From Macrostomum lignano (Eukaryota): a stretch of 64,000 bases of DNA. Shown here in pieces: positions 62,301-64,000 of the stretch (the first letter of the stretch is position 1; each line of letters opens with the position of its first letter). The position numbers were made by a program, and so were the translations under genes. The DNA is taken from the NCBI GenBank assembly GCA_002269645.1, contig NIVC01000655.1, forward strand, positions 1 through 64,000, written 5' to 3'. Under the pieces are notes generated by a model, which had not been told where the DNA came from, ran no database searches, and was given only the letters and a program-made list of their open reading frames with translations.

Positions 62301-63930
62301 ATTGGCCACTCAATGAGAAGTTTAAGATCAGGCAAAAAATCTATGCCGTCATTATCATTTGAGTTACTGGATCGAAAGCTCGCAGCCGTGTCGCAGACGA
62401 CGTCGGACAAAACGGAGTATATTTGTGGAGTTCTTTTCGATTGCTCAAATAGCTTCTGGAATGCTTTTTTCTGAAATAAACAGCAAATAAGCAATAAAAA
62501 GGCTGTGGATAGGACAGGAGTAAAAAATAGCTGACAAAGAAATTTCCGGCGTCAAATCACATGTCAACTTAAGCCTCTAGAGGAACGGAAGCGGATTATG
62601 AAGGCATGAGTTTAGATTCTGGTTCTACTTATTTACAGGTGGCACAAATTCAATCCACAGCTACATGCAGAAGCAGAAAAAAGCTCGGCTCCGGACCAAG
62701 CTGACTCCGATAGGGATTTCCAGTAAAGTTAAAGTTCTCTATAATCTAATAACACTTATTTATATAATTCAAGGTTCATTCAGAATCTGGAAAGGTCGCA
62801 AAAATCTGACCGTCTGACATCACTATCAACGAGTGAGTAAAAGCGTCACCATAACGAGAGGCGAAACAACGCCAAAAATGATCCGGTTTGTTGATTCTAA
62901 ATTGATTCTTACCAATGATCCGGAGTTGTCGAGATGCTTTGTCGGTTTTTCCAACAAGGAATTGAGAATGCAGATGGTTGCACAAGGCTGCATTGCTCCC
63001 AATGTTGAGCTGGTATCAAAAAAATCCACGAGCATTTCCTAAAGTTTGGGAGGGACCGCTTGTTATTATGCCTTTGTGGTTAAATTTTATTCAAAATCTT
63101 ACCTTTCCAAAATACTGAAGTAATCTTGTGAAATACTTTTGGAAGCATTCTGACAATTCTGCTGTGTAGTCAGACTGTTTAATTTGACGAAACATGCTGT
63201 CGAAATTCTAAAATTTCGGTTTTATATTCAACAGATAATTCAGATTATTTTTATAGTTTTCACATTTTAAAATATCTAAGTTTTAGAATGGTCCAAATAC
63301 TTACTCTAATAAGAGTCTCAAGCGTCTCATAGCCGAATGGCTGGCGTGGGGACTTACGAGCTCTAAAAGATTCTTCTATTTTTTCTAGGCTCTTGTTGAT
63401 TTCCTTATTATCTTTTTTTTTCTTTTTATGGCCCCTGCGCATCTTCTCTAGCTTGCAGGAAAGCATGCAATCAACTAATTGAAGGTAAAGTTCCACGTTG
63501 TCAATAGAACAAACTCGATCCCTGATGCTCCTTGTTATCAGCAGACACTGCTTGAGCTCAAAGTCTGTTAGTTCGCTCAGACTTTCTTGCAGTGAGCTAA
63601 TGACGCTCTAAAATAATAACCATGATGGTAAAAATAGCCAGCTGGGATATGCTGAGTTGAGCTCAATTTTTTCGGTAAAAATTTTACTGAGAAACGCGTT
63701 TGTAAATGAGATGAAAACTCACTGGTGCAGCTTCACTGACGGCCTTAAGTTTTTTTGAATCGCTTGTCAGTGACTGCAGAGTGGCAAGCTTAACCAATGC
63801 TGGAACTTTTCTCAACTTAAAAAAGTCGTTAATATAGTCGAAATGTGCAGTTGCGGTGAAAAATCTGCACAGAAGCGGGTCAACTTTTGAGTACTCGGCC
63901 AAAAATTGGTCCACACGGCCGTAGTCGTAT
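32372..63930 (-). CDS. RNF213: RNF213/mysterin-like giant AAA+ ATPase / E3 ligase, 5'-incomplete. Exons (high to low): 63723-63930, 63305-63607, 63103-63174, 62913-63038, 62275-62470, 57023-57325, 48321-55298, 48098-48251, 46560-47205, 46084-46386, 45849-45955, 44452-45550, 44118-44270, 43263-43500, 41505-41539, 32372-34291
   Basis: The 7-kb exon carries SDRSGMGKSL, Walker A GETGCGKT with FFDEVNTT, and GKPGSSKS with VLDEIGLAE, plus NWALDPAKMNRG and LYESLYDVLN. These are followed by a RING (45358-45480), YLPAMP, the RZ finger CPNGHPYYIGE|CTRPWDTGTCFDCGSTIGGQRH and a C-terminal domain with LLPHKGPWGRC and LLANCTYSL. All 15 introns are GT-AG with matching phases and the sum of 12,841 nt stays in frame to the stop at 32372. 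The five 5'-most exons are less certain and small exons may be missing. Confidence 0.92.
34537..35554 (-). mobile_element. Tc1/IS630-like deletion derivative, ~190-bp TIRs, TA TSD
   Basis: 34537-34725 is inverted relative to 35369-35554 (TACCATTTTACC.../...GGTAAAATGGTG), with TA on both flanks. The internal minus-strand HTH-like text reads LTNSDRDRIIKAAD...LARQLEVKRS. Confidence 0.75.
35934..39971 (+). mobile_element. Ngaro/PAT-type tyrosine-recombinase (DIRS order) retrotransposon with split direct repeats, frameshifted; antisense in the last RNF213 intron
   Basis: Repeat A at 35934-36085 = 39601-39755; repeat B at 39559-39597 ~ 39933-39971. ORF1 has SAP-like REKLSELGLSARGSKEKLI and CCCH finger CFDFNKTSGCARANCRYAHHCRRCGGQH. 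RT motifs are KVDLREAYW, RLPFG, CLDDF, FLGIEFDS; RNase H is VIESDSCKKG. The recombinase has LRKSSL, KTIQ, CPV, HSLRSGGAT, DWCSDAVQRY. Confidence 0.9.
40500..41180. mobile_element. Second, internally rearranged copy of the same decayed repeat family
   Basis: 40970-41170 aligns with 24885-25055 (ATATCTCGACGGTC...TTGAATTTTGTGT...AAAATGGCTTGGTATTCC). 40540-40720 aligns with the same family in the opposite orientation. Confidence 0.5.
41697..42770 (-). mobile_element. Tc1/IS630-like deletion derivative, ~155-bp TIRs
   Basis: 41697-41852 is inverted relative to 42612-42770 (...GAAAAAAGTG|TA). Internal ORF 41997-42428 reads RGPYRRISNEDRARLLDAHETGEDFVYLAERMGIKRTTAYSIVRSGRREKRSKGGR, a transposase N-terminal HTH. 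Confidence 0.8.
55620..56620 (+). mobile_element. Tc1/IS630-like transposase remnant interrupted by a MITE
   Basis: Inverted repeats at ~55620-55700 and ~56537-56620. After removing the MITE the coding reads YMRISSVDRSRLV...LDIKRTTASDIIRRY|VDEGRIDLNARGGAVRPKFSEMLGALTRYVEEKPTVTLK*. Confidence 0.7.
56011..56285. mobile_element. 275-bp MITE, TA TSD
   Basis: TACTCAGCAGCAGTGAAAAGTCGCCA at the left end pairs with TGGCGACTTTTCGATGTTGCTGAGTA at the right end; TA at 56009-56010 and 56286-56287. Confidence 0.8.
58326..59059 (+). promoter_or_regulatory. Putative antisense promoter / LTR-like fragment in an RNF213 intron
   Basis: TGAGTCA at 58352, 58412 and 58471, TGAATCA at 58326, TATAAATA at 58492-58499, and a strong donor AAG|GTAAGT at 59059/59060. 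LTR boundaries and TSD were not found. Confidence 0.35.
59075..59639. mobile_element. 565-bp MITE with 8-bp TSD and subterminal GTCGATTCGCCGAAA repeats (Merlin/Mutator-like)
   Basis: TSD ATATCTTC at 59067-59074 and 59640-59647. The ends are imperfect (GAATACTAGTCG / reverse complement GGTAACAAGTCG), with 2 left and ~4 right inverted copies of the 15-mer. Confidence 0.7.
59761..61843 (-). mobile_element. Mariner (DD34D) transposon, inactivated, with a nested hAT element
   Basis: TA|TTAGGGTGAGCCAAAAGTTTCCGGA at the left and a partial inverted copy at 61825-61843. The transposase has DKPRSGRP, AQDEK*, FDNVRPH-x-HPPYSPDLSPCD (34 residues between the Ds) and W..GI..LP.RW. It contains in-frame stops. 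Confidence 0.9.
60811..61506. mobile_element. Non-autonomous hAT element (696 bp) inside the mariner ORF
   Basis: Ends TAGGGGTCACA / TGTGACCCTTA; 8-bp TSD GTCCTGCA at 60803-60810 and 61507-61514; subterminal ATCCCGGGAT motifs. Removing it rejoins the mariner frame (HFHAGRKAAEA). Confidence 0.85.
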
Positions 63931-64000
63931 CTGAAACATCGTAATAGAAAATCATTTATTTCTACTGCTTAAATATGGCAACAATGTCTATTCTCCTAAA

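Overview
Eukaryotic, intron-rich animal genomic DNA. The style (GC-rich poly-Ala/Gln exons, minisatellite-filled introns) suggests a free-living flatworm such as Macrostomum; this is inference only. The left half (2.5-29.4 kb) has five + strand genes: an unknown Pro/Ala/Gln-rich gene, ABCB7/ATM1, CCDC43, RIC-3 and a DEG/ENaC channel. Almost every intron there carries its own tandem repeat, and there is also a tRNA-derived CORE/Meta-type SINE and a 5'-truncated RNase H LINE. The right half (32.4-64 kb) is one giant minus-strand RNF213/mysterin-like AAA+ ATPase/E3 gene. I could splice 16 exons in frame (12,841 nt, about 4,280 codons; the 5' end lies beyond the window). It has a variant RING and an intact RZ finger whose first half sits on a 35-nt micro-exon. 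Its introns hold a Ngaro-type tyrosine-recombinase retrotransposon, three Tc1/IS630-like deletion derivatives, a DD34D mariner and several nested MITEs. Between the two halves is a ~0.9 kb TIR element carrying a USP (C19) deubiquitinase-like fragment. No CRISPR arrays, rRNA genes or true tRNA genes were seen. All assignments come from motif recognition by eye; no database searches were run.
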